From the IMG/VR virus record IMGVR_UViG_2049941000_000050: 55,069 bases of DNA, one strand, 5' to 3'. The notes beneath the pieces were generated by a model that was not told where the DNA came from, ran no database searches, and was given only the letters and a program-made list of their open reading frames with translations. The DNA is from an uncultured virus (IMG/VR IMGVR_UViG_2049941000_000050). Taxonomy: Duplodnaviria; Heunggongvirae; Uroviricota; Caudoviricetes. Numbering within the stretch: position 1 is the stretch's first letter; each line of letters opens with the position of its first letter. The position numbers and the translations under genes are program-made. Positions 1-10,216 of the stretch are shown piece by piece.

Positions 1-1456
1 TGGGTTTATCGGAGGCCACACCCAAAAACGCCATCTGTTTCCTGGATTTTCCGTAATCAGACGCACTGACCGCGAAATTCCCGCTGGTAACGTTGTAGAC
101 GGTGCTTCCTATATTCACGGTTTTACCGATTCCGGAAGGTCTGCCGAGATATTTTCCGTACCCAAACCGGTGGTATGTGGTGCTTGTTAAATCGAACCTA
201 TTATCGAAAATAGCATCGGAACTGACCAGTGGGTTGAGAACCGTTTCCTCGTCAATGATTTCGTTCAATCCCGCTACTTCCGAAGAAATGTCGGAAAGCG
301 ACGTGAATTTCAGCAAAGAGAAGTTTCTGTTCCCGGAACCGTCATTTGTTGCGCCGTATTTGTCGTTAAACACCGAATCCGAGGAAATAAAAACGCAACT
401 TATCTGGTCACTGGTAATCGTGGTATCTTTATTGACATAATAATACCTATCATTAAAATTGTCCGCGAGAACCGTGGGTTTTGTGGAAGTCTAGTTGAAC
501 GGGACCGTTTTGTATGAGTTTCCGAGTGGGAACGTCACGTCACCCTTGGTTTTCCCGACAACAAAAACATCACCAGATTGCCACGGCTTTGTGGGAACCA
601 GTTTGTCGGCGTTGACGAAACGACCGCTGGTATTGATAAAACCGCGTTTCGTGATGGGTTTCTCATCGGAGACGTTTCTCTTGTCGATAGAGGCACGCCA
701 CTCGAAAGATTCTGTTCCGAGGGGCTTGTCGTTCATCGTCATAACGATGGAATTCGTACATCTATTGGAGAAATTGTTGCTTCCGTTGTTACTACAGAAA
801 TTGGAAGAGATATACGAGCTGTTTCCGCACTTTTCCAGCAACAGCCTTATTTGCGAACCGGCATAGAAAAACCCATGGAAATCCAAATCAAAAATAGAAC
901 TCCTGAGCGGTTCTTGACAGATGCTCTACCACCCATTTTCGGTAAGAACCTGGAGAGAGGCTATATCTTTGTAATTTACACCGCTGTTACTGGAATAATT
1001 AGCAAGGCTCAAACAGTTAAACGTGATATGGATATACGCGTTGGCGTCGGATTTGAAAGTATAAATTTCCGATTCCGCGTTCCCGTTAGTAGCACTAATC
1101 ATCGATGTAAAAGACGACGAAAGCGAGTACACCTTTCCAGAGAACACGTTCTACTGGGTCATCTTTATGTTGTTGATTGATTCGTCTATACTTTCCATAA
1201 ACTCTTCGCCGTCCCCTAAGTTCTGAATGTTGATGTTTGTGAGCTGGTTCTTCAGTATGTCGTTAACGATATACTGCCTTATCGTTTCGAGAGTTATGCC
1301 CCTCGCATACGACAACGCCTGTTGGGTCAAATCGTTGTTGTTTGTCTCGTGTGAAACAACAAACACATCACTACCCTTTACGGTAGTATCGTCTCTTCCG
1401 GTGTCCAGATTTAACTTGGTCAGGTCGTCTATGGTCTTTACTTTGATGTTTGACAT
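1..1456 (-). CDS. Putative tail fibre protein, 3'-truncated by the window edge (at least 485 aa, three TAGs)
   Basis: ATG 1456 follows GTAAATA; the frame continues through TAGs at 1151, 926 and 491 and stays open to the window edge. N-terminal TIDDL...DVFVVS anchor-like motif. Confidence 0.65.
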
Positions 1457-1477
1457 TTGGATTTACCTTACGAGAAT

Positions 1478-1484
1478 TATTTAC
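1478..1484 (-). promoter_or_regulatory. Putative late promoter GTAAATA
   Basis: Intergenic, between TGA 1490 and ATG 1456. Confidence 0.62.
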
Positions 1485-1489
1485 GTCTG

Positions 1490-3169
1490 TCAGATGGGGT
1501 ACCCGGTGGATTTTATCTTCGTCCACGGTTTCAAAACGTTAGCTGTGGTCTATTCCTAATTCATGTCGTTGTTGAGGTCGTACTGCATCGTTCCGACATA
1601 CTCGCCGTCAACATCGTTCAAAAGCCTCAGTAGGATGATATCGCTCTCTTCGATGTCTTCCCCATCGATTTCCAATTGGAGATACGGGCCGAAAAATTCC
1701 GTTTCGTCCTCTTTTAGGTACGGGTTCTGCTGGTCATTTACGATTCCAACTCCCTATAAGTCCAACGACAGAAGGTTTTTCTGAACGGTTTCCGTAATCG
1801 AGTAGAAATCCGGACTGGGGAAATCTTCTGGATTTTCCGGGGTGGACCAGTCCGCGCCGACGTCGTGTCTGTAAAGCGGGCCGTTCAGGCTTCCCTGTGC
1901 CCACCCGAGAATCCTGTCCCCGACCTTAAAATACTTTCCGTCCCCGTTGTTTGAGGTTAAAACGCCGTAAGCTATCCTGCTGTCGGCGGAAATATTCTCC
2001 CCGAACACAATCGGACCGTACTCGTACACCGCCGGATAACTCACGTTCCCGAAAGAATCTTTCGAGGAAAGGTTTCCGTAGAAAGTCCCGATAAAAGTCT
2101 GATGGTCGCCGTAAACGACGCTCAGAACCGTGTCGGCGGTAATCTCGTATTCCTTAAACTCGCTGAATTTTATGCGGTGGGTGGGATTGGAGACGTTGAC
2201 CACGTAGTTAAAGTATTTTCCGACCTCGACGTTCGAGCTGACCGAATCAATGCTCAGACCGGCTCCGCCGAAAACGTTCTCCATTGTGGTTCCGGACTGA
2301 ACCTGGAACACTTTCGAGCCGTAATAGTCCTTTTGAACGTAATAGTAGACGATTGCGACGTAATCGCTGAGACCGATGGACTCGGTGACATCCCTGACAC
2401 TCATTCTCAGGGCGTGGAAAACGTTCGGTCTGACCTCTTTCAGCACGAAAACTGCGCGTTCGCCGCCTCTCACGAGGTTGTCGAAACCGGATTCGGAAAC
2501 AAACTCCAAATTTTCTTCGGGGCTGTTTCTGTTGAAGAGAACCGCGCAGTCGTTTTGCGCCGACACGTCTATTATGAAGTGTCTGGAGAACTGGAGATTG
2601 CTCAGTTGTGAAGACAGATTGGACTGAAGCTTGAAAATCGCGGTGTCGTTACCATTCTTGCCGATTTCGCACTGCGAAACGAACGAGTCGCGGATGCTGT
2701 AAAAAGCGTTGTCTTCCCCCGGCACGACCGAAAGGCGGTCTATCTTCTGGAAAAACAGCTGTTCCGCCGAAATTGCCTGGGCTTGGCTCGAAAGCTCGGG
2801 AATCTGGTCGATGAGCAATTTTTTTTCGTTGAAATCTGAGCTCAGCTCGTCGAATTTTCCGCTCAGTTCGGAAAAATCGGAGGAAATCTTCGCGATATCG
2901 GCGGGGGTGTTTTNNNNNNNNNNNNNNNNNNNNNNNNNNNNNNNNNNNNNNNNNNNNNNNNNNNNNNNNNNNNNNNNNNNNNNNNNNNNNNNNNNNNNNN
3001 NNNNNNNNNNNNNNNNNNNNNNNNNNNNNNNNNNNNNNNCCCCGTAGGAAATCTTCTCGGACACGAACTTGTCGCCGTACTTTCTCGACACTATGAAAAG
3101 GTCTTCGGTCGAGAGGCTGTGGGAGGCGGAAAGCTCCTGAATCGACTGGTCTACTATGAAATGGCTCAT
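1490..3169 (-). CDS. Putative tail fibre-associated protein (~559 aa including a 126-N gap; three TAGs)
   Basis: N-terminal IQELS...EDLFIVSRKY...SEKISY motif; SRHFIIDV...GERAVFVLKEV domain. Reads through TAGs at 1754, 1556 and 1550 to TGA 1490. Confidence 0.68.
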
Positions 3170-3175
3170 TTCGGT

Positions 3176-3182
3176 TATTTAC
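3176..3182 (-). promoter_or_regulatory. Putative late promoter GTAAATA
   Basis: GTAAATAACCG, only 6 nt upstream of ATG 3169. Confidence 0.62.
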
Positions 3183-3195
3183 CGTCGAGTCATTC

Positions 3196-4218
3196 TTAAT
3201 TGTTAGTGTATTCTTCTGGAATTTCCGTCAGTTTTCCGGAACACGAGACAAAAAACTCGTCTTTCGCCACCTCTTTTATCTCAATCAGAACCTTCTCACC
3301 GCGTTTCAAAACCCCCGAAAGGCGGTCGTCCCCGAAACAGAACCTCTGTTTTCCCTCGCTCGCGAAAACGACCCTCGTGTCTGTCCCACAATCCACACAA
3401 ACGTAAAGGTGCCTGGAATACCCGTCTCTGAACTCGGGAATTCTAAATTTCGTGACGCTCTGGATGGCGAGAAAATCATTCTTGGCGAAGAGTTTTAGCG
3501 TCGTGTATTCGATTTCGGCGTAAACTTTCGAGATGGCGTCCTTTTTCAGGAACCCGCTTAGGTTTTCCTAGTAGACCGGAATATGTTCCCGGAGATTTTC
3601 TATCGGTTCCGTGTCGACATCGTCGATTTGTTTCCCAAGAACCACGGTTTTTTCAGAAAGGGTCGCGTTTTTCGCGCTAAGTTCCCCGATGTTCCGCGAA
3701 TTTTCCTCGACGCGCTCCCCCATCTCCCCGAAAGACAAATCTGCGGAAAGGCTGTCGAAAACCTGCGTCGCGGAAATATGCTGTGAGTAAAAGAGCGCGT
3801 CGGAATTTTCGTCATATTTCGAAATTAGGAAAATTCCGTCACCGTCGGAAGGGAATGGGGGGGTTGGGTCGAGCTTGCTTATCGGTAGGTCGTCAGAAAG
3901 AAACCTCGTCTCGTCCTCAAACTGCTACTGCGCCATTAGAACTGGCTGAATCTGCCTGAAAGTCTCGGAATACTCGCGGTTTTCATCCTCCAGTTCCCCG
4001 TTTTCCTCCTCGAGCCTCTGGTTCCATTCTCTCAGGAACCGGTTTTCCTCCCTCAAACGTTCGAGCTCCGCCCCGTAAAACGCGGAAACCACGTTAACCG
4101 AGTTATAGACGGAGACGCTGTCATCCCCGGAGGCGTAATCGGAAATTACCGCTCCCAGTGTTATGAACTGGCTGTCAACAAAACCGTCTGAAAAACTGCT
4201 TACCAAAACATCGGACAT
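3196..4218 (-). CDS. Coiled-coil fibre-associated protein (340 aa, two TAGs)
   Basis: The frame from ATG 4218 runs through TAGs at 3925 and 3568 to TAA 3196. Heptad LREENRFLREWNQRLEEEN; the C-terminal SRHLYVCVD...GEKVLIEIKEV domain is shared with the next gene. Confidence 0.7.
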
Positions 4219-4219
4219 C

Positions 4220-5368
4220 TCACACCACACCTATGTAAACCATTACCGGCATAAAAACGTGCGTCGGCTTGGATTCCACGTCCGGAGATGAGCCGCTCTC
4301 CATGGACTTCGCGTTCTCAATCTGCCCGTCCTCGAAACTGCCGTTTATCTCGAAATCTATTTTCCCGGTCGGGGTCGAAGAACTTCCAAAACCGCACATA
4401 TCGTAGTAACCACTGCCGCCGTTTCCGATTGGAAGCTCATTTATTTTCGGGGTTTTCGGTCTTCCGGAAATCGTTACCCCGAGTATTTCGTGGGAGTGCG
4501 GCGCAAGACCGTTGTTGTACCTGACGAATTTCATCGGGTCTTCCTTCTCCGTGCCGGGGTTCATCCTTAAAAAATTCCTGAGGTCGGGAACCTTAAAGCT
4601 CCTCTTCCCGGTTTCCTCCGGTTCTGTACCGTACAGTCCGAAAGCTTCCTGAAACCTGTTCCCGTCAACCGTGAAAACCGTACCGTTCGGGTAAACCCAC
4701 CCGTCGAAATCCTCAGAATCGATATCGACGTTAAAATTGTCCCCGTATTGCCTGACGACGCTCTCGTCAAACTTGGGTAGTGCGACGAATTTTAACGTTC
4801 CCACGTCGAACACGTTAAAGTCGTCTAAGTCGACGGCGGGAACGTTGATATCAACGGTTTTGACTGTCATTTTCCCGTCCTCGGTCCAGTTGCTGACCTT
4901 AACCGTCATTATGTTCCAGTATTTCTGGTTTTCGTCGCTCAACACATCCCCGATGTTGAAATAATCGTAAACGTCGTCGTGAACGTGGTCGACCAGCGAG
5001 TAGTCGTTCCTGTCCTCGAACGCCATGCTCCCGAGATTAAGTCCCTTTTTCACCCTTTCAACGGTCTGTGAGCAAAGGTCGTGGTACTCGATTGCGAAAG
5101 AGCTCATTTCCCCGGAAAGAAAATCCTTCCTTTCCTCGTTTAAGAGGAACGCACCGGCTTCCGCCGGGTCCAGCATAATTCTCCCGTCGAAATATTCCCT
5201 GAGAATGTAGGCGTCAGAACTCAACGACGAAATCTAGTCCGCGTGCGCGATTAAAAACAAGTCGTTGTCCCCGATTTTCTTAACTTCTTTGAGCTTCGAA
5301 ATCGGGGTTCCGCTTAGTTTTTCGGACAGTCCCAGTTCTTGGTATTTCTGCAAATCTAAATCGGTCAT
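4220..5368 (-). CDS. Short tail fibre with tail-collar domain, paralogue 3 (382 aa, one TAG)
   Basis: ATGA overlap at 5365-5368; TAG at 5234. VGTLKFVA...FDGWVYPNG...FKVPDL, PHSH, KPTHVFMPVMVYIG. Confidence 0.8.
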
Positions 5369-6339
5369 ACAGGGACTCCTATGTACATCAGAACCGGGAT
5401 GTTGAAATGCGTCGGGAAATTTTCACTGTCCACCGCCTCATTTTTGGTGATGTCGGCTGTTTCCACCTTTACCCCGGACATATCGAACCTAATGTCCGCC
5501 TGAATCGTGCCGGTTTTAGAATTTCCGGTGCCGTGGTGTTTTCCGGAGAAACTGCCGATTGACTTTCCGTAAGTCTTGATGTTTCCGGACAGTGAAAACG
5601 TTCCGTCTAAGCTGAACTGGGAAATGTCGTGGGCGTGGTTCTTCAGCGCGATATTATATGCGACCCTTTTCATCGGGTCTTCGGTTTCCACGAACGGGTT
5701 GGCTTTGAGAAAGTCTTGGATTCTCGGAATCCTGAATTTCCCCTCGGTCTCCGTTCCGGTCTGAATGGTTTTGAACGCCTCGTAGGCATACGGAAACCTG
5801 TTTTTCGAGATTTCTCTCCCGTCTGGGTAAACCCATCCGTCGAAATAGTCCGAATTCTCGTCTATCGGTGAAAGTTTGGGGGCGGCGATGAATTTCAGTG
5901 TTCCTATCCTTCTTCTCATAACATCCGGGGCGGATATCCTCAAAATGCTCGGAATGCAGATGTCTTTGGAAACCCCGTCAACAACGATATGCCCGAGAAC
6001 TATAACCCTGTCCTCGCTTTCGGGGACCGAATAGTTTCTGGAATAGTGTGGGAAAACCTCGACCCTGCTGTATCTGCCGAAATGGTTGTGGTCCTTTCTC
6101 GCGTAACCGTTTTTATCCTCGGTGGCCATCGTCCCGAGGTTCATATTCCCGAAAACCGCGCTATAAATCTAATCCCGTAGCATTTTGTAGGTGGTTTTTT
6201 GGGATTTATAAAAATTGGACTCCGATTTTCCGTTCAGTGGAACACTGACTAGAAATTTATCCCTCTCCTGAAGGTCCTTTACCTCCAGCTCCTCCTGAAT
6301 CGGGCATCCTTCCAGATACTGGACGTCGATGTCGCTCAT
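5365..6339 (-). CDS. Short tail fibre with tail-collar domain, paralogue 2 (324 aa, one TAG)
   Basis: ATGA overlap at 6336-6339; TAG at 6169. IGTLKFIA...FDGWVYPDG...FRIPRI, NHAH, FPTHFNIPVLMYIG. Confidence 0.8.
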
Positions 6340-7289
6340 TTTTTGGCACCCCCGATGTAAATCATGACCGGAATAAGGTTGTGGTTCGGATAAGTCTCGG
6401 AACTGTCGGACTGAACCTGTAATTCTCCCGTCGCCGAGGTTATGTTGATGCTCCCAACCACGAGTTCATACTGGTCTTGGGTCAGATATGAGTTGTTCAT
6501 CTGCTTGCTACCGCTGTGAATCGAGTTTGAGCCTCCCGTTTCGTCGTCGTTTGGGGTTACCGGAATCTGTGTGGAAACGTCAAGTTTGACGTCCAGTTCC
6601 TCGAACGAATCCTTTCTGATTCCGTGGGTGTGCGCCGGTATCCCCTCGGTCTTTCCCTCGGTTCTCGTTGTCCCGACCTGGGTCGGCTCGGGATTCGGCT
6701 TGAAAAACGCGGAAAGGTTCGGAACACGGAAGGTTGTGGACGAATCGCTTTCCTTGAACATTTCCCACGCCTCGAGGAACCTCGATTTCTGAAACTCCGA
6801 GCCGTCGGGGTAAACCCACCCGTCGAAATTTTCCGAATCGATGTCAATGTTCCCCAGACTCGGAACGGCGAGAAACTTCAGCTCGCCGATTCTCGGTTTC
6901 TCGATTAGCTTCTCGACGCTCTGCACCGGGGATTTCACAACATAGTCTTTTATTTCCCCGTCGGCGTCGCTGACCGTGAGCGTCGCCACGTCCAGATACG
7001 TTAAGGACGGGTCTTCGTCTCTCAGATAAACCCTGACATTCGAATACTCTTCGTGCCCGTGGTTCTTTCTCGCGTAATCATCCTTGTCCTCGAACGCCAT
7101 CGACGAAACCATAAGGTTCGCCGACACGGTGGCGTTTACGCTGTCGACAAAGCTCCCGAATGAGACTTTTTTGGAGAAATGGGCTTCCTTTTTCGGGTTA
7201 TAGTTCCGCGAAATGACGAGGAAATCCCCGTCATCGGCCTGTTTTCTTCTTTCAAGTTCGGAAATTCTTCTGCCGTTAAGAACAAGCAT
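6336..7289 (-). CDS. Short tail fibre with phage tail-collar domain, paralogue 1 (317 aa)
   Basis: IGELKFLA...FDGWVYPDGSEFQKSRF...TFRVPNL, IPAHTH, ETYPNHNLIPVMIYIG; ATG overlaps the previous TGA. Confidence 0.8.
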   Translation of the reverse strand: MLVLNGRRISELERRKQADDGDFLVISRNYNPKKEAHFSKKVSFGSFVDSVNATVSANLMVSSMAFEDKDDYARKNHGHEEYSNVRVYLRDEDPSLTYLDVATLTVSDADGEIKDYVVKSPVQSVEKLIEKPRIGELKFLAVPSLGNIDIDSENFDGWVYPDGSEFQKSRFLEAWEMFKESDSSTTFRVPNLSAFFKPNPEPTQVGTTRTEGKTEGIPAHTHGIRKDSFEELDVKLDVSTQIPVTPNDDETGGSNSIHSGSKQMNNSYLTQDQYELVVGSINITSATGELQVQSDSSETYPNHNLIPVMIYIGGAKK

Positions 7290-8203
7290 CAGATGCACCT
7301 CATGTAAACGTACCCGTCCGACGACACCGAGGGAAGTTTGAATTTTCCCTCCGAGGAAATAACCGTGTAATACCAGAACCTCCCGGTAGCGTTAACTATC
7401 TTCTCTATTTTGTCAGAACCCAATTCCGCCGTGAGAATTTTATGTCCGTCGTCGGACTTCTGATATTGCACGCTCAACTGGACTGTATCATCATTACTTA
7501 AAACCGTGTAAGTGTCGTTTGACGGCGAAGAGCTGTTCAAATCTCCGGTTAAGTGTTCGTAAACCTTCGGAAAAGATGTACCGGAAATCCAGTTTCCAGA
7601 GCCACTCGAGAGCAGAACATAACCGCAATCCGAACTAAGCGACTCGTTTTTGTAATCGAGTGAGATTGTGTTAAAAAGCGGGACGTTCGAATCGACGTAG
7701 CTTTTGTTCGCGAGCTGGTTTTTCGAAGAAACGGTTTTATCGCAAAACGGGGTTCCTTTAAACTGGATATTTTGCGTTTGGACCGTTAAATCTCCGTCCG
7801 ACTTAATGCTGACGCCGTTTTTTCCGGAAATTTGCGCGGTGTCGCCCGAAAGCCCGACGTTGTTTACCACCGCCTGAAAATCCCCGGAGCCGGAACTGTC
7901 CTTGAAAACCCCTACCCCTCCGCTGACCTCTATCCCGTCGGTGAAAACCGTCTTTAGCTCGACGTTCTGGCTCTTCCCGATGTTCAGAATGTCGTTAAAC
8001 GTGCCGACCGGGACCGCGAAGGACTGGTATTTCGCCTGACCGCCCTAATCCGGGTCGGCTTCGGAGCTAATCTTATACGAAAGCTCGACAAATGAGGCGG
8101 ATATCCTGTCTTTGAAAGCATTCTGGTCCGAAAGAACACTGAGATACCCGCTCATTTTCTGAATCTGGAAAATCGGCAAATCTGAAATTTTCTGAATGGA
8201 CAT
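7289..8203 (-). CDS. Putative tail fibre/collar-associated protein (304 aa, one TAG)
   Basis: ATG 8203 with AGGAG upstream; TAG at 8045. QLANKSYVDS and GYVLLSSGSGNWISGTSFPKVYEHL...FKLP are collar-like; TGA overlaps the next ATG. Confidence 0.68.
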
Positions 8204-8223
8204 GTCTTAAAAAACTCCTAATA

Positions 8224-8230
8224 TATTTAG
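8224..8230 (-). promoter_or_regulatory. Putative late promoter variant CTAAATA
   Basis: Intergenic, upstream of the AGGAG RBS and ATG 8203; one mismatch to the consensus. Confidence 0.45.
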
Positions 8231-8232
8231 TC

Positions 8233-10215
8233 TTACGGGGTGTCGAACTGTCCCGCTTCGTCTTCATCATCGGGCGGGTCGTCCGGAAATTCGTAATAAT
8301 CCGTGTTGTCCGCCAGAGGGGTGGTTTGTTTCGGGATGTAACCCTTGAAGTTATCCTCTATCTCTTTTTCCAAATCGAGATAGTAGTCCGCGTCTATCGG
8401 AACGGAATGAAGGCTCTTAATGTTTTTTAAAACCGTCCCGTCCTCTTTGTTCCAATAAAAAATGACCGCCGGGATGGAGGTTTTCCCGTCGCTCCACTGG
8501 CTTCTGACAAAATACGGCTGGGACGGGATTATGGAAAACTCCATCATTGAGGTGACGGCTACCGTGCAGAAGAAATACGGCTGTTCCCTGACCCATTCCT
8601 GGAATTCCTTGTTGTCGTACACGAGACTTTCGTAGGTTTTGCACTTCGTGCATCCCCCGATGTCGGAATACTCGACGAAAACCGGGACGTGATTCTGGTC
8701 CGCGAACTTTTTCAGCTGTTCCGCGTTGTAATACCAGACTCCCGGCTTGAAATCGCTGACCTCGTCTTTGTTCACTTCGGGAATATCGTATTCGTCGACC
8801 TTCTTGTCGCCGGTCACAGTGAAAAAATGCCCCGACTTGGAAATCATCTGGACGGAACTCAGAGGCGAGCCGAGCTTCGTTATATCCTAGACGTAATCCG
8901 AGTGAGTTTTGTATATCTCCACGTCAGCCCCGGCAAAAAACTGCTCGGCTGAAAGTTCCGGGGAAAAACACCTGCTTCCGCGATTCGTCTGCTTTATCTG
9001 GGAACTGGTGAATCTCGTAAAATACTCGTTTCCGTCAGACTTTTTCCAATACAGTGTCATTTTCGCGTATGTTCCGCTCGAACCGGAACTGAAAAACCTC
9101 GGGTCCGACTGGTGCGAAATCGTTTTCCAAAAACTGTACTGGGTTCTCGCATCAGCAAAGACGTAATAAACGAGACTGCTGGTCTGGGAAACGTAATCTT
9201 TCCAAGCCTGGCGGTTTAACACCCTTTCCTCTAACGCCTTGCAAATCGTGCACCCGGAATTCTGGGTCTTGTCGGTTATTATGACCATCGGGATGTTGCG
9301 CTTCTGGGCGTCGGACAACGCCTTGTCAAATTCCGCCTGGGACGTAATGTAGGTCCCGCTGGAAACAACCTGCGTGGAGCTTTTTTGCTCGAAGGTTTTG
9401 TCGTCTATGCCGAAAAAGCGTATCGAGGAAACCGAGCTCCCCCTCAAAAAGTTCGGGTCAATCTACGTGAACGAAGAAATCGACGCCGGGAGGGTTATGC
9501 TCTTTAAATTTTCGCACCCGTCGAAAACCGAGGAGCCGAGATAGTCCATGATTGAGCGGTTGTCGGCGGAATCCTCTATCGTGACGTTTGAAAGACTCGT
9601 GCAACCTTTGAACATCTCGCTTCCCATCGACCAAATCTGGGAAGGGAAGGTTATGCTCCTCAGAGAGGTGCAGTTCGCGAAAACCCCGTTGTACACGTAG
9701 CTGGTTTTGTTTGGAAGCTTTACGTCGGTGAGACTTTCGCAACCGTCGAACGCGTGTTCGGCGAGAAAAGACGACCTGGTCATCGTTACGGATTTCAAAT
9801 CCTTGCAGTCCGCGAACGCGTACGCCTCGATTCCTGTGTCGTAAACCGTTCCGCTCAAATCGAGCGTGATGTTTTTCAGCCCGGTCCCCGCGAAAGCGTG
9901 GTCCTCGATTTTCAGAAACGTCTGTGGGCTGGTCCCGAAGGCGTCGCAACCCGTGAGGTTTCTACAGCCCATAAACGCGCTCGCGTCCACAATCTGGGTG
10001 TTGGTCCCGAAGAAAACGTCGGTCACGGAAAGGGAATTGACCAGACATTTTTTCCCGACCTCCTCCACCTTGTTTCCGAACCTCACGGAAACCGTCTGGC
10101 TCTGAATCGGATTGTCGGTCATGTCCCCGACAATCGTGATTTTTCTCAGATTGTCGGAGATTTTAATCGTCTTAATCCCGGGAGTGTCGTACCTTTTCTC
10201 AATAAAATGCGCCAT
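8233..10215 (-). CDS. BspA-type leucine-rich-repeat (LRR_5) protein fused to two thioredoxin-like CxxC domains (660 aa, two TAGs)
   Basis: Repeats AFxxCxxLxxV/IxL/FP (AFDGCESLTDVKLP, FANCTSLRSITFP). The frame continues across TAGs at 9463 and 8887 into ...NIPMVII...GCTICKALE... and ...HVPVFVEY...GCTKCKTYE...; TAA stop. Confidence 0.78.
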
Positions 10216-10216
10216 A

